From Paragordius varius (taxonomy: Eukaryota; Animalia; Nematomorpha), in contig OZ176057.1 of NCBI GenBank assembly GCA_964247055.1, positions 5,952,001 through 6,016,000 on the forward strand: a DNA stretch of 64,000 bases, given 5' to 3'. A program made the translations under genes and the position numbers. Each line of letters begins with the position of its first letter. The first letter of the stretch is position 1. Shown piece after piece: positions 1-12,300 of the stretch. Under the pieces are notes generated by a model. It had not been told where the DNA came from, searched no databases, and saw only the letters and a program-made list of their open reading frames with translations.

Positions 1-129
1 TTTAAAATTAGCCACTCAATTTGGCCCGACAGAGTGTGAAAATCGGATTCTAAAGATAAAAATGACTTTAAGCATTTTTGTGTGGCGTGTAGGCCCATCA
101 AAATTCAATAGTGTACTTTCATTATTTTT

Positions 130-560
130 CTATAGCGCCGACAGTGACCATGCCATCTTTTTGAATTTGCCCAGTCCAGCCCCATCCGTGCAAAAATGTT
201 TTTTAAACTAAAGTTCGTTTAGAAGCAGTTTCCATAAAAACGGCGCAGTCAACTTCATTAGTAATTTCATATATTGTTTTACAATAGCGCCGAGGGTGAC
301 GACTTAGCCCTTTTTGAATAATAAGCTTCTCAGTTTTGCCTTGCCCATTTAAAAATGGTTTATTTGAATAATTTATGGCTTAAATTTTGAAAAACGTATG
401 GGAGCTCTCAGTTCAATCTTAATTCTTAGGCCAGCCAATACAATTTATTTTAACAAAAATATTAATTTTAAAGAAATATTCCCGTAAAAGTGCCCGTCCA
501 TATTTTAAAATTGGAAATATATTATTTATGAATGCGCCATAGCTGACTGAACCACATCCT
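130..560. mobile_element. Probable degenerate DNA-transposon fragment with subterminal repeats
   Basis: GC-richer motif ATAGCGCCGA..TGAC at about 132 and 284, with a related GCGCCATAGCTGAC at about 533. No ORF and no clear terminus inside the window. Confidence 0.3.
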
Positions 561-976
561 TTCCTATATTCATTATTTGATGCACAGTAGATGTATAAGG
601 TTAAAAATGCAAATAAATAAATCTAGAAAGCCTCCAGAAACATTTTAGAGGCGGATATTTGATATTGATTATATAAATTAGCCTTTTTTTAATCAAGTTT
701 CGGAGCGATCCAAATTTTTTAGTAAAATTCCAAAAAAAATAATCTTTTTAATTTAAACCCAAGACAACCTTTAAAACTTTATTTACAGGTTAAACTCTGA
801 GGTATAAAACGACCCAAAATTTTAATCGTCTACAAAATGAAGAGGTGATGTGTTAATATGAAATCGCTTTGGAAATATTTTAAAATCGTAATTTTGCCCC
901 CAACATACATATTTTAGGATAATCGAACACCCCACAAATTAACTAAATTGAAATAAGAATATGAATTTATTTGCAG

Positions 977-1527
977 TGGTTACCATATTACCTATGGTTA
1001 TAGCCTACAATAATGATATATATATATATATATATAAGAAGGATTATATAGTTAAGCTATTTTATGATTGATTTTGGCCTTTCTGTCCTTCGTTCAACCA
1101 ATTTTACTCCAGACATCGTCGGAACGCCATTTTACATGTCCTACGACATGCTCTGTCGAGCTTCCTATGATTACAAAGTGGACATTTGGTCCTTTGGAAT
1201 AATAATAATCAAATTAGTTGAAGGAAACCCTCCATACGCTGGCATGGAGTGGAGTCCAGTAATTATATTTTAAAGTGAAATTATTCTACCTTCATTTTGT
1301 TAGATCCTACAGAAAATCATTAAAACAGGGACCCCATCCTGCCCAAATCCCATAGTTTTCAGTGATTTTCTACAAAACTCTTTGCACAAAGAGGTCACCG
1401 ATCGATGGTCGGCCAATGACTTGCTGCAGGTATGCATATTAATATATTCAACGAATTACCCATAACTTTTACGGTAAACTATATAAACAAATAATGTTTT
1501 CGGTAGCCTTTTTTAAAAGACATTTAA
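977..1527 (+). pseudogene. PAK/STE20-like Ser/Thr kinase, C-lobe fragment, disrupted at the 5' end
   Basis: IDFGLS...VGTPFYMSYDMLCRASYDYKVDIWSFGIIIIKLVEGNPPY (1064-1258). A phase-0 45-nt GT-AG intron (1259-1303) leads to exon 1304-1429 ILQKIIKTGTPSCPNPIVFSDFLQNSLHKEVTDRWSANDLLQ, then a donor at 1430 and a last exon 1507-1527 PFLKDI*. Upstream, the KDYIVKL frame is out of phase with IDFG, the IDFG frame has a TAG at 1049, and a (TA)n run lies in the catalytic-loop region. The APE motif reads SYD. Confidence 0.75.
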
Positions 1528-1811
1528 TAGATCTAAGTGTTGCTGTTTTTTGGAATGATTTCCCGCTAATACTTGAAAAAAACAAATGTTGTAACATAAA
1601 CTATACACTTGCGTTGGTAGAGCAATTTAAAACCTATGTGCATTGAATTTTTTGACCTGAAATCGATTTGATCCGTGATGGAATTCACTATACGGTCTCA
1701 GTTCGGTGAGATTGATTGTTCTAAAAAGGATGCGACCGAAAATATTATTTCTTTATATAGTTTACCGTAATCATATAATAGGTAACCCAACCCAATGAAA
1801 AAATCAATTAG

Positions 1812-2160
1812 ATATGCATATTTGTGTGGAAATTCATAGGCCGACCATCGATCGGTGGCCTCTTTGTGCAAAGAGTTTTGTAGAAAATCACGGAAAGCTG
1901 TGGAAATTGATTCCGGCAGGGTGGGTGTCCCTGTTTCGATGATTTTATGTAGGATCTAACAAAATATAAAGGTCGAATATTAAATGATAAATAGTATAAT
2001 TGATTGATTCCGCTAAATGTCAACGTTCGGAGGGTTGTTGCCTTCAACTAATTTGATTATGATGATTCCCAAGAAAGAAATGTCCACTTTGTAATCATAG
2101 GTGTTTCGACAGAGCATGTCGTAGGTCATATAAAGGGCTTTTTCAACAATGTCTGGAGTA
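1812..2160 (-). pseudogene. Second, more decayed copy of the same kinase fragment in inverted orientation
   Basis: The reverse complement aligns with 1104-1440 (e.g. TACTCCAGACAT..., GACATGCTCTGTCGA...CTATGATTACAAAGTGGACATTT, GTGATTTTCTACAAAACTCTTTGCACAAAGAGG.CACCGATCGATGGTCGGCC), including the intron acceptor TTTTGTTAG|ATCCTACA. It carries indels, a TAG and lost donors. Confidence 0.75.
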
Positions 2161-3615
2161 CATTATATTACTTAAAAACTATTAATTGTATTCGTTTCGA
2201 TTTTTTAACATAACAAAATCATTTAAATAAATACAATGTTTTGTAGTTTACCTACTTACTATTAAATCTTGTTTTGAATATTAGATGATATGAAAATTAT
2301 TTTTAACGTTTTGCAAACTGTAAAATGTATTATATTTAAATTTTAGAAATGTGAATAAAATAGCTGTCTAACGGAAATTAGAATTAAAGATCAGACAAGT
2401 GCTTTGATTTCTAAAATTACATATTCTCTGCAGCCATCTTAAGAGAAGAATCTTATAAAATTATTAAGGCCACTTTAAAATACTAAAAAAATGAGGATGG
2501 ATCTTCGCTATCAAAAACAAATTGTATTAATGTTAGAAAATTTTATTTAATTGAAACGTTAATTTTATCGACGCAATGCACGCGTTCTTTCGAAAGACAA
2601 AAAAATAATTATAGATAGACTATCTTGGTTTCATTCCTCTTTGTATGATTATAGGCCTTAGTTAAAGCTACCTCTTATATTCAAAAGTTCTGGCAAACAT
2701 ATTCTATAATACTTGATTTGAAACAATTAAATAACTGGTAACACACTCAATATTCAGTAATTTTATAAAAAATCAATTAAAAATGTTTGTGTTTTAATTT
2801 TTTACATTTTGTATGTATCTCAATTTTTATAGTAATAAATTCGTTTATGAAATACCACCCACTACATAGTTCCATTAATCATTTCGATTTTATGTATGAT
2901 GCTTATCCAATTAGAATTAAGTGAGTAATTCTAATATCAGTACACTTTACGATGAACTTTAGACTATAGTTGGATATTGTTTTACGATTTGCAAATCATG
3001 TTTTTAATTTTATAAAATGATTGATGTGTGGTAATTGTTTTGTAGTTCAGATGTCATTATTTTTGCATTGTACTTGTAACTGTCAAATTTAATTTATTTG
3101 TTAACATCTAACTACATAAAATACTTTTTATAACTTAGAAAAAATTGATATTTAAGGTTAAATCCAGCTTATTATTACAAAATACAATTCTTGCATGGGC
3201 TAATGAGTTATTAAATAAACAAACACAATTTTATTTAGGTTAAAGTCTGTAATATTAAATTTTAATATTTTTACTAGTAACCTGACACTTTAATTGTATA
3301 GGTTTATTGCTTGAATGCTAATAACTTCCGCGTTAGGATTGCTAATGTTTTTAGACAGTTCATTTAAGTTAGTTGTGTTTGATTAGGTGTAATTATTTAA
3401 AAAAATAGATCTCGCCATAATTCACGCTAAGAATCCACATATAAAAATACGCTTTTTGTAATAATTCCGTTATTGTGAATATATTTTTGTCAATCCGTTA
3501 ACTTCTATCCAATTTTTCACTCATGTATTTTGTACAATTTAGCATAGGGTCGTGGTTTTCTCCCAAAAAATCGCATTAGGGTATCAATCAGAAAACATAA
3601 CATTATAATATTTTT

Positions 3616-3790
3616 AAACGATGTAGCCTTTGTGTTAATATATAAAAATGTGACAATCGAACAAATAATTTAGAACATTAAAATATAACATTTTACTAAT
3701 ATATCTAAATGATGTAGACTTTATGTTAATTTATAAAAATATGAAAATAGAACAAAGTTATTTAGAACGGTAAATATACATACCAAACTA
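3616..3790. repeat. Degenerate two-copy tandem repeat (about 93-bp unit)
   Basis: TAAACGATGTAGCCTTTGTGTTAATATATAAAAATGTG... recurs as TAAATGATGTAGACTTTATGTTAATTTATAAAAATATG... Confidence 0.6.
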
Positions 3791-4457
3791 ATGACATGCA
3801 TTTTTTGAATTATATTTTTAGAAATTAAACGGGTGTTTGCCATGGACATCATTTTTCAAAAATAAACGGAAGTTAAGATAAAAAATTCGAAGATTTATCT
3901 GATTTTCTTATATTGATTTTTTCGCAGAAAAATGATAAAATTTATTTTTATACTAATAACCAGGAAGTGTGGCTTTCTTTTTCAATATATTTGCCAATAA
4001 ATGGCCATATAAGTATTTAGGTGAGTTAATTAGATAGTAGGATAAATGCTGTCTTGACATCATTTGCTTAAATAAAACAGTGTGATGATATTTATATATT
4101 CTGATAGGAAAATGTATCAGGATAATTAGAGTGCTTTTGTTTTGATCACGTACGAATGATTTAGTTGTACACTTTTTAGTCGTAATCCATATCAGAAAAT
4201 AGCATTTTCGCACATTTTTTAATAAATTTTTTTGCTTAAAGCTAAATCTATAATTATTTTTAATTAAAAAAAAGTCAATTGGATGCGATGTCAAACATAG
4301 TGGAACTTTATTTTGTGATAATCACAAATGTATTTATCTGGACCTTATGAGTAGTACGGTAATTAAATAGAACATTTTGAGATTCCTCTTATGCAACGGT
4401 AATAAGGTTCTCATTGGATTCTAGAGATAAAAGTATTTATCAGAAAATGTAAAACCA

Positions 4458-4463
4458 TTTATT
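4458..4463 (-). promoter_or_regulatory. Candidate poly(A) signal (AATAAA) of the LRR gene
   Basis: AATAAA on the minus strand about 20 nt downstream of the TGA at 4482-4484. Confidence 0.45.
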
Positions 4464-4481
4464 TTATATCACAAACCCCAT

Positions 4482-7400
4482 TCACCTCTTTTTAATTAAT
4501 TTATCCTCATTAACAGGAACATCTGAATCCATGATGGGTTGATTTAGTTTTACATATAGATTCATATAAGTCGTATGATATATAAACCATAAAAATACGC
4601 TGCTAATAAGAATGATTGCACATGTGAAAATGATCGGGTACATAAGTTGTGGTAACGTTATTTGAGACATTTCAATTTCCGATAAACGATCTTGGCGAAT
4701 ATAATTATATCCAAAAATAAGCCACATACCAAGTACGTTATGCGTTTCCACCTCTGTTCTCCTTTCTTGATTAACATTGGAAGTATTTGGTTGATTAGCC
4801 ACGTTTTGGGCATTCGTTTGAGAATTTTCGAGGGGACTTTGTTTAACATATTGCGCTTTTTTCGATAAGAAAGTTGAAAGGATATCCCCTGTTTGAGAGC
4901 CTATTACAAAAGCTTCATCATTTGGATAATTTTCTTGGTCCCATTGTATGAGAGATTCGTATGTCGGCTCAGACAGGGCTTGTTGCAGTTTATTCAAATC
5001 GATGGCCGACCCGTAAGCACTGCTAGCCGCCAAACTCAATTTTTCAACTCTTGTCCGCTGTGTCGTAATATAGGTCCCTAGCTCAGCTATAATCATTCGA
5101 TCGCTTAAATCGGCTGGGTAATCTAAACTTTCATCATAGAATCTTGCCATGTAAGTGACGGAATTCCAGTTCCATCCGGTTCCATTGCCGTTATTATTAT
5201 CGTATAAACCATAATCCAAAAAATTATATACGGTATTGCCTCTCACATCTTTTTCAATCTTATAAACATTCCTATGCGTGGTGACATATTGGTAGATACT
5301 TTTTTCGATGCACGCAAAATATCATTTGCATACAAGTCTAAATGCATACCCATGTCTTCTCCAGCGGACATCTCAAATAGTTTTGGCGTGGGCATAGGTT
5401 GAATTTTTTCTTTCCCACTTTGCTGATTACAAATGTCGGTTTTTGCTCTGCCTTTACTGGTCTCTTTTTCTGGACCACAAGTGGGAAACCAATATGTGAT
5501 GTTACCTAAGGGTACGCTTGGCACATTGGTTTCTGTAGATTGTAAAAAAATAATATTAATAATTGCCGGGATAACTTATATGGGATACTGATCTATATAT
5601 GATTATGCTTTTCTTTATACCAAACGTCATCTTACACTTGTTTAATATAAAATTTTGGTTTTTCGCTGTTTATTTATAATTGAGTTTAGTATCATATCAG
5701 GGCCAAAGATTTACAAAAAAATTTTAAAACATATCATACTTTTAATATAAAAAATGAATTTTTCACAATAGCACCCAACAAACATCCGTCTATATAAAAA
5801 TCAACGCTTACTATTCAAATTTTCCATGTAAAAGTAACAATTGTAACTGGAATAACCATAAAGACTTAGCAGTGGTGTTACACAACTCAAACTTTTTTCC
5901 ACGTTATTGTAGGCATTACATGTTACCAGGGGTAATTCACTCTCATAATATCGTGATTGATTGTATTTGCTGTATTGGCTTGCCAGGATTACATTTACAA
6001 TTTGATTCCGAAGGCCGCAAAGTAACTCAAACAGACTGCATGAACAGAGAAAACCATTATTTTCTAATCTCACTATCATGGGTCTCAAGGATCTGGTATG
6101 TACAGTAAAAATTGAAATAATGCGGACGAAACGTAAAAACAGATTTATAAAATGACCGCAGTTTTTAAACTTGTTATTTTATTGCATATGACTTCAAGGC
6201 AATTGAAAAGTATGAGATAGCTTTCTAACTCCTCATTCACAATTGTGATCATGTAGTTTATTTAGATTGCCAAGGTTTAATTGTGTAAAAAAATATTTTT
6301 TTAAATTTTTGAAATATTAAATGTTTTTAATCATTTTGTTATATAAAATTTACAATTTACAAGAAATTCGAAAACTAAACTTAAGAATATAAAGAATTTT
6401 TTTTACAAAACATACCCAAATTTTTTCGAACCCTAATTTATCCTATAATATTTCATTATACCATCAATAAAATATATAATTGATTGTTTTACCAATTATC
6501 TCTATTTCATATTCGAATTTTAAAACAATCAGTTATATTTAAAAAATAAAAAATTAAAAAGTATGGTTTTCTTTAGAAAATAATAATTTATTTCGTTTTG
6601 TCCATGTTATTTCATTTTTTACTGTATCTTTGAGTTTAATTAAAAAACATTTGTGGTAATAATGATTTACAGAGAGTGTCGGTATTTATCAATCGCTTAC
6701 AGGTCATAAAAGAATAAAAATCCGTTAATGCACATTTCATTTTTAACAACTTAAACTTGCTTTAGTATACAATATAAAGGCATGTTTGAAATTATTTTTT
6801 TTTGATTATATCATACATTTTAATTAAAGGAGATGAAATTTAGGCTAATTAGGTATTGGCATTTAATAATGCCGTAATTTTTAGGATTAAGGGTAATATT
6901 AAAAATTAATAAAGTTAAACCCCATAATCCTTATTTAATTTTAAATAACATAGATTTATCAAAGCTTTTGGCACAGAAGCTTACTGTAATAATAGTGGCC
7001 CATTATGTATGACTACGAGTTTGTTGTTATTAAGCTTAAGTATATGAAATTGACAAGTGGCAAAAACTTCAACATTCAAATAGGTTAGTGCATTGAAACT
7101 CAAATCCAACATTGTTATGTGGCGGCAAGGTGTAAAAGCAAATCGTTGAATCGAACTCACATTAGAGGCATTGAGGTAGAGTTCATTCAAGAATCGGAAT
7201 TTAGGAAATATTCCGGAACTAATTTTACCTAAAAACAATAAATTAATTTTAATTTGGATTAGTTTATTTTTTTAGTATATTACAACACAGTTTGGAAAAT
7301 TAATGCCCTACATGCGCTTGCGAAGAAGATGAAAGACAATAATATGCAATATGCTCACAAGATTTTAATTTGACAAATTATTCTGCATAAGTCGCGTAAT

Positions 7401-8315
7401 TGGCTACTAACAAGATAAAATTGTTATGTATTTGCCCATTTATCTGTTTGAAATGCACAAAAATACACTGTATTTGAATGCGGCCAGTTTTGATTCGGCT
7501 CGTGAAGCCATTGTTCGACACCCCTGGTTTAGAGTCCATTTTTTCCATTTTCAAAGGATATGGATTTGTCTTTAAAAACACTCGCTTACTCAGGATTGAC
7601 CACGCTTAAATGCTGATGACGGATATCCTTTATAGTGTACGAAACCGTTTTCACACTTTTTATTTATTATTATTTTGACACGGTTTTAAAATAATTAACA
7701 AAATAATTGGATCATCTAGAATGCTCGTAATATGCATTAAAAGTAAAAGGCTAATATATTTTATAAAAAGCCGTATAGTTTGATCCGATTATTTCATACT
7801 ATATGATGACAATTTTCAAATTTATTTTTTGTTAACAATTTACGTTTCTAATCCCCTATTCCGTAACTAAAAACGATTTTGTTAAAAATTTTAGATAAAC
7901 AGTTTTTTTCATAAAAATAACAGCCTTTTACATCTTTCATGTTTTGTATTTATGAGACTAAATTAATACCAATATCACTGTTTCCAGTATACAATGTATC
8001 CATAACGGCGTAACTGTTTAGCACTTTAGTAAATCGAAATAAGTTGAGGAGCGTAGTTGGAAAATCAAAAGCACCCAAAAAGCCCTTTACAATTTTACAA
8101 CGCACCATTTTCTTGATGACATAGGATTCGTAATGTTGCAAGCAAACGCAATTAGGGACCCCAAAAATGGGTACAGTTTGATTACACGTATCTCCATACA
8201 AGTTTCTTAGTTCTTTTTGAGATATATAAGCTACTGTTGACTTCCAAACACATATTTGATGTAAGAAATTAATGGTAATGATTATCGATGCAAATGTAAG
8301 TGGTAAGAAAAGCAT
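4482..8315 (-). CDS. Leucine-rich-repeat type-I transmembrane protein (signal peptide, Cys-rich N-cap, LRRs, LRRCT, unknown ectodomain, TM, short tail), about 628 aa
   Basis: Exons 8315-7970, 7228-6985, 6092-5812, 5532-5334, 5298-4482. All junctions are GT-AG and phase-consistent (1,2,1,2); total 1887 nt = 629 codons. Motifs: hydrophobic N-terminus MLFLPLTFASIIITINF; CVC...C cap; LRRs LNELYLNASNVSSIQRFAF, ITMLDLSFNALTYLNVEVF, FHILKLNNNKLVVI; LRRCT IVRLENNGFLCSCSL...C; TM YPIIFTCAIILISSVFLWFIY. The exon 4/5 junction is inferred (see findings). Confidence 0.85.
6103..6624. mobile_element. Family A MITE (Tc1/mariner-like, TA target, long TIRs starting CAGTAAAAA), in LRR intron 2
   Basis: Left arm TA|CAGTAAAAATTGAAATAATGCGGACGAAACGTAAAAA; right arm ...GTTTTGTCCATGTTATTTCATTTTTTACTG|TA. 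Confidence 0.75.
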
Positions 8316-8479
8316 TGCAAAATTAAAAAAAAAGCTGATAAATTAAATTTTTATATAGGTTTTTGCATCTCTACACAACAATCATATTTTTTAGGTTATG
8401 ATTGGAGGCTGTAACTTAAAAAAATCTTAAACACAACTTTTACTTTATCCATAATACCCTAAAATTTTTCCTAAACTTA

Positions 8480-8753
8480 CAGTAAAAACTGAAATTATAC
8501 GGACAAAATATAAAAATTTAAAGACAAATATTTTAAAGGCACCTATTTTTTAAATTTTGAATTTTAATAAACCTATTGATTTTAATTGCAAAATGTGAAA
8601 TAATATATATTACTAACACAATTAATTTCATATTTTACAATTGTAACTAAGTAGCTGATATGAGATATATATTTAGAAAGTATGGTTGACCTTTAGACAA
8701 AAATATTTGTCTTTATATTTTTACATTTTGTCCGTATAATTTCATATTTTACC
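8480..8753. mobile_element. Family A MITE
   Basis: TA|CAGTAAAAACTGAAATTATACGGACAAAA...GACAAATATTTT left arm and inverted right arm AAATATTTGTCTTTATATTTTTACATTTTGTCCGTATAATTTC. Confidence 0.75.
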
Positions 8754-9331
8754 AGCTTGATTATATTATTATCTAGGTTTGGTATTGCACAAACCGTAAA
8801 AATGGAAAAACAACCTTTGATTTGATACGCATGAATTAATATCTATGTGTTCAGATAAAAACTTATAGCAAATAAAACTATATGAATCAATTTTTTCTAT
8901 GCCATAAATACGTGTGTGACAATTATTTATAATAAATTTATTGGCAATCTTTTAGAAAAAAGTTTCATCATATTCGGCTTTTTAACATTTTTAAAAAGAG
9001 TTTAAGGAAACAGTATTAGTTCAAAACCGTTAAATATCGACTTTGTTTATATATATATATCTTACATTCAGTTACAGTTTAGATTTAGCCAAAGGCCTCA
9101 ATTATCTAGCTGCTACAAAAAACGTTTATTGCATTAATACCATTTAAGAAAAAATTAACCATTTAGCACATGTAAAAAAATTGTTTCTACATAATTAACT
9201 AACCATTCTTCTGAGGTAAAAACAAAAAAATCCATCCATACAATTCCATGTTTGGCCCACAACATAAATGTATCATCTTCCATCTCATCAAAGAATTGTT
9301 TTTGAAAACTAGCTTAGTTAAATTTTTAAAA

Positions 9332-12300
9332 ATGTGGATAATGTTAACCATAACGGCTAATTTAAACCATTTTTCAGTCCAGGCTTTTCCTGAGGGTGCG
9401 CCCACATCTGTTTGCGATTCGATGGAACCAAATCCCCGATTTCACGGACATTCTCTAGTCGAGGGTACTCGAAGGCACCCTTTTCGTATTCTCGTTTCGG
9501 CTCGACAAGTTAAAGCTGGGAAAGTCGTGGCTGGTAAGTCAATATTTTTATAATAAAAGTTTGGTTTTTTCCATGTACATTTTTGATTTTACAGTAAATA
9601 TTGAAATTATATATCGGACAAAACGTAAAAACAATAGACAAACATTTTTTCAAAAGTCGCTGTACTTTTTTAACTTATTTGTTTTAAATAATACTCGTTT
9701 TGCGTTACGAGCTAGGGAATAGAGGAAAATTGTTAACACAATCAAACATATATTTTATAGTTGTAATTTAATAATTTACATGGGATAAAGTTTAAAAAAT
9801 ATTTTATGTTTTTATACAGTAAAAACTGAAATTATACGGACAATACGTAAAATATAAAGACAAATATTTTTTACAAGCATACTTTTTCAAACCTTAATTT
9901 ATCCTATTAAAATCGTTTGATAACAATCGTAAAATATGTAATTAAATGTGCTGCCAATATACTATTTTATACTTTGTTGTTTAAAACAATGATATATTTA
10001 AAAAAATTGAGATTGAAAAAGTATGGTTGTCTTTAAGCAAAAAATATTTGTAATTATATTTTTACGTTTTGTTTGTACAATTTTTACTACAAATGTGTTC
10101 TTATTCGATTTAACCGTTAATATCATAATGAGGAAAAAGTGTCTGTTAAATTAATAATACGATTGGATTTGACCGATCACGAATGAAATTAGACAGTAAC
10201 TATTTGGAAAAATAAAAAAAATCACACAAAAACTAAAAATATTTTTTATGGCATAATAAAAAATAAGGATATAATTATAAAAGTTTTTGTCAAATTGTCG
10301 ATTTTTATTATTGCAATCCACATTTCAAAACTAATTTAATTAGTTCAGGTTGTAAAAACAATTTGATTGATTTTATTTTTATACTTCAGTAAATATTGTT
10401 GGACCAGTAGTGTATAAAGGTATCCTCCTACAAGCCCGCAATAACCAATATGGAAAAATTATGGGTCGTTTTATTAGGGCAAAACCTGGAATTCAAATTA
10501 TCAGCTGTTTTCCAGGAACTGAAAATGCCGTAACTCATGATGGATCCCGGTCAGATTTATCCAAAACAGTTTATTTTTGGCAAGCTCCTCAAAGATTTAG
10601 ACGTGATACCACAATTGCATTTGTGTAATTTTTTTTGTTTGATAATTTTTTAATTTCAACTTTATTAGAAGTTTTTTATTTATTGTAATTAAGCAGACAA
10701 AACGTAAAAACATAAAAACATTATTCATAAAAAAACCGCTATACTAGACGATTTACAACAAATTCACCCTCAAACATTCAAAATCAGCCTCGATCACTTC
10801 AAATTTACCCTTAAATCTATTATATGTTTTTTTAAGATTAAAAATTACCTATATTTTTATATATTTTTTAAAAAAAATTTGTTTTAAATTAAAATCAACA
10901 AAATAATGAACTATGCCATAAAGCTATATTTTATATTAATAATGCGTTTTATTAGTTTGAAAATACATAATTTATTTTTAGGGTTAATTTGAATTGTTCA
11001 TACAATTTGAAGTGTTCAAGGGTGACTTTGAATTGTTCGAGGGTTAATTGAATTATAATTGGTATATTTTGAACTTACAGTAAAAAATGAAATTATACGG
11101 ACAAAACGTAAAACATAAAGACAAATTTTTTTATAAAAATATTAACTTGATTATTATATAACTATGGTTTCAGATTAATAATTGAAACGTAAATTGGTAA
11201 AATACCCAAGTTATATTTCTGAATTGTAGTTATATAGATTATTTTCAAAATATCAATGATCAAAAGTTGTGGTTTTTTCAAAAAAATTTGCCTGTATGTT
11301 TTTACATTTATCATAATTTCAATTTTTAATGTTATATTAAACGTTGATTATAAAGTTATATTAGTTATATAAAAAAACCTTTTTAGTATAGGGGTTAATT
11401 TTTTCGTACGAAACAAATAAAATTTTATTTACAACAAAAAATGCAATTTTAAACTAACATAAGGCCATAAAATTTTAAAATGTATTTAAAAGTAAACTTA
11501 TACCCCAATATAATGGTTATTTTAATATTTACAGTCATGTATCATTTATTAAAAATTTATATTTTTTCGTTAAATGTAGATAAATATTTGGTATATAATG
11601 GAAAAAAACAGCTCTATGGTAATTCTTCTACTCTTTGATGAATATGATATTGTTAATACCATAAAGCTGTTAATTCCATATTTTATCTAATATTTTTTAC
11701 CCATTTAACGGAAATAAATTTTGATAAAATAAAGGATACATGACTGTATTATGCTAGCAAAAAATTTAATCGAAGCCTTTATAAAATTATACAATATAGG
11801 GACATGTTGCTTTGCATAAAAATATATTTATAAATTCTTTTTTGTACCAAAATTAAAAAATTTATAACAATGTTATACAATGTTTTATCAGTAGTAGCTA
11901 TGCTTATAAGGTATTTAGCTATCACATATGCTTTAAAAAAATTTGCAGACCCAAAAACCAATTTAAAGTTAATTAATTATGAAACGTAAAATTTTAAGCG
12001 CAAATATTTATTCCAAGACTGCTGGCTATACAGTCCTTTAATTGGCTTAATTATTTATTAAATTTTTTAAATATGGTTATTCAAGTATCCGCAAATGTAT
12101 AAAACAGTTATGAAAATTAAACGGCATTAGGCCCTTGAGGCAAGAAATATTTTTTCTTCCTTATAATTATTTTGGTTGGATTCAGGTTTAAAAAAGTGTG
12201 AATGCCTTTTTTAAAAAATGTCTTTTTTTACGTTTTGTCTGTCCAATTTAAATTTTTTAAATTAATAAAATATTATTTTTTCTAATGTGATAAAATGTTA

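Noticed and set aside
1808-2047. 79-aa minus-strand ORF
   Set aside because: It is an off-frame reading across the intron and exon of the inverted kinase pseudogene copy.
4476-4505. C-terminal …KLIKKR of the LRR protein as an ER-retrieval signal
   Set aside because: The lysines are at -2 and -3, not the -3/-4 or -3/-5 positions required for KKxx/KxKxx.
4658-6108. ORFs 4658-4849, 4893-5081 and 5872-6108
   Set aside because: Alternative-frame or antisense shadows of the LRR gene exons.
7378-7581. 67-aa minus-strand ORF between LRR exons
   Set aside because: Exon 1 splices in phase directly to 7228 and completes an LRR. The ORF lacks LRR motifs and contains CAGGGGTGTCGAAC…GGCCGC, which looks like a decayed hAT terminus.
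9199-9405. 68-aa minus-strand ORF (also 42223-42462, 48876-49061 and 38036-38296)
   Set aside because: Antisense to real exons of the Reeler or CASK genes, with no homology signal.
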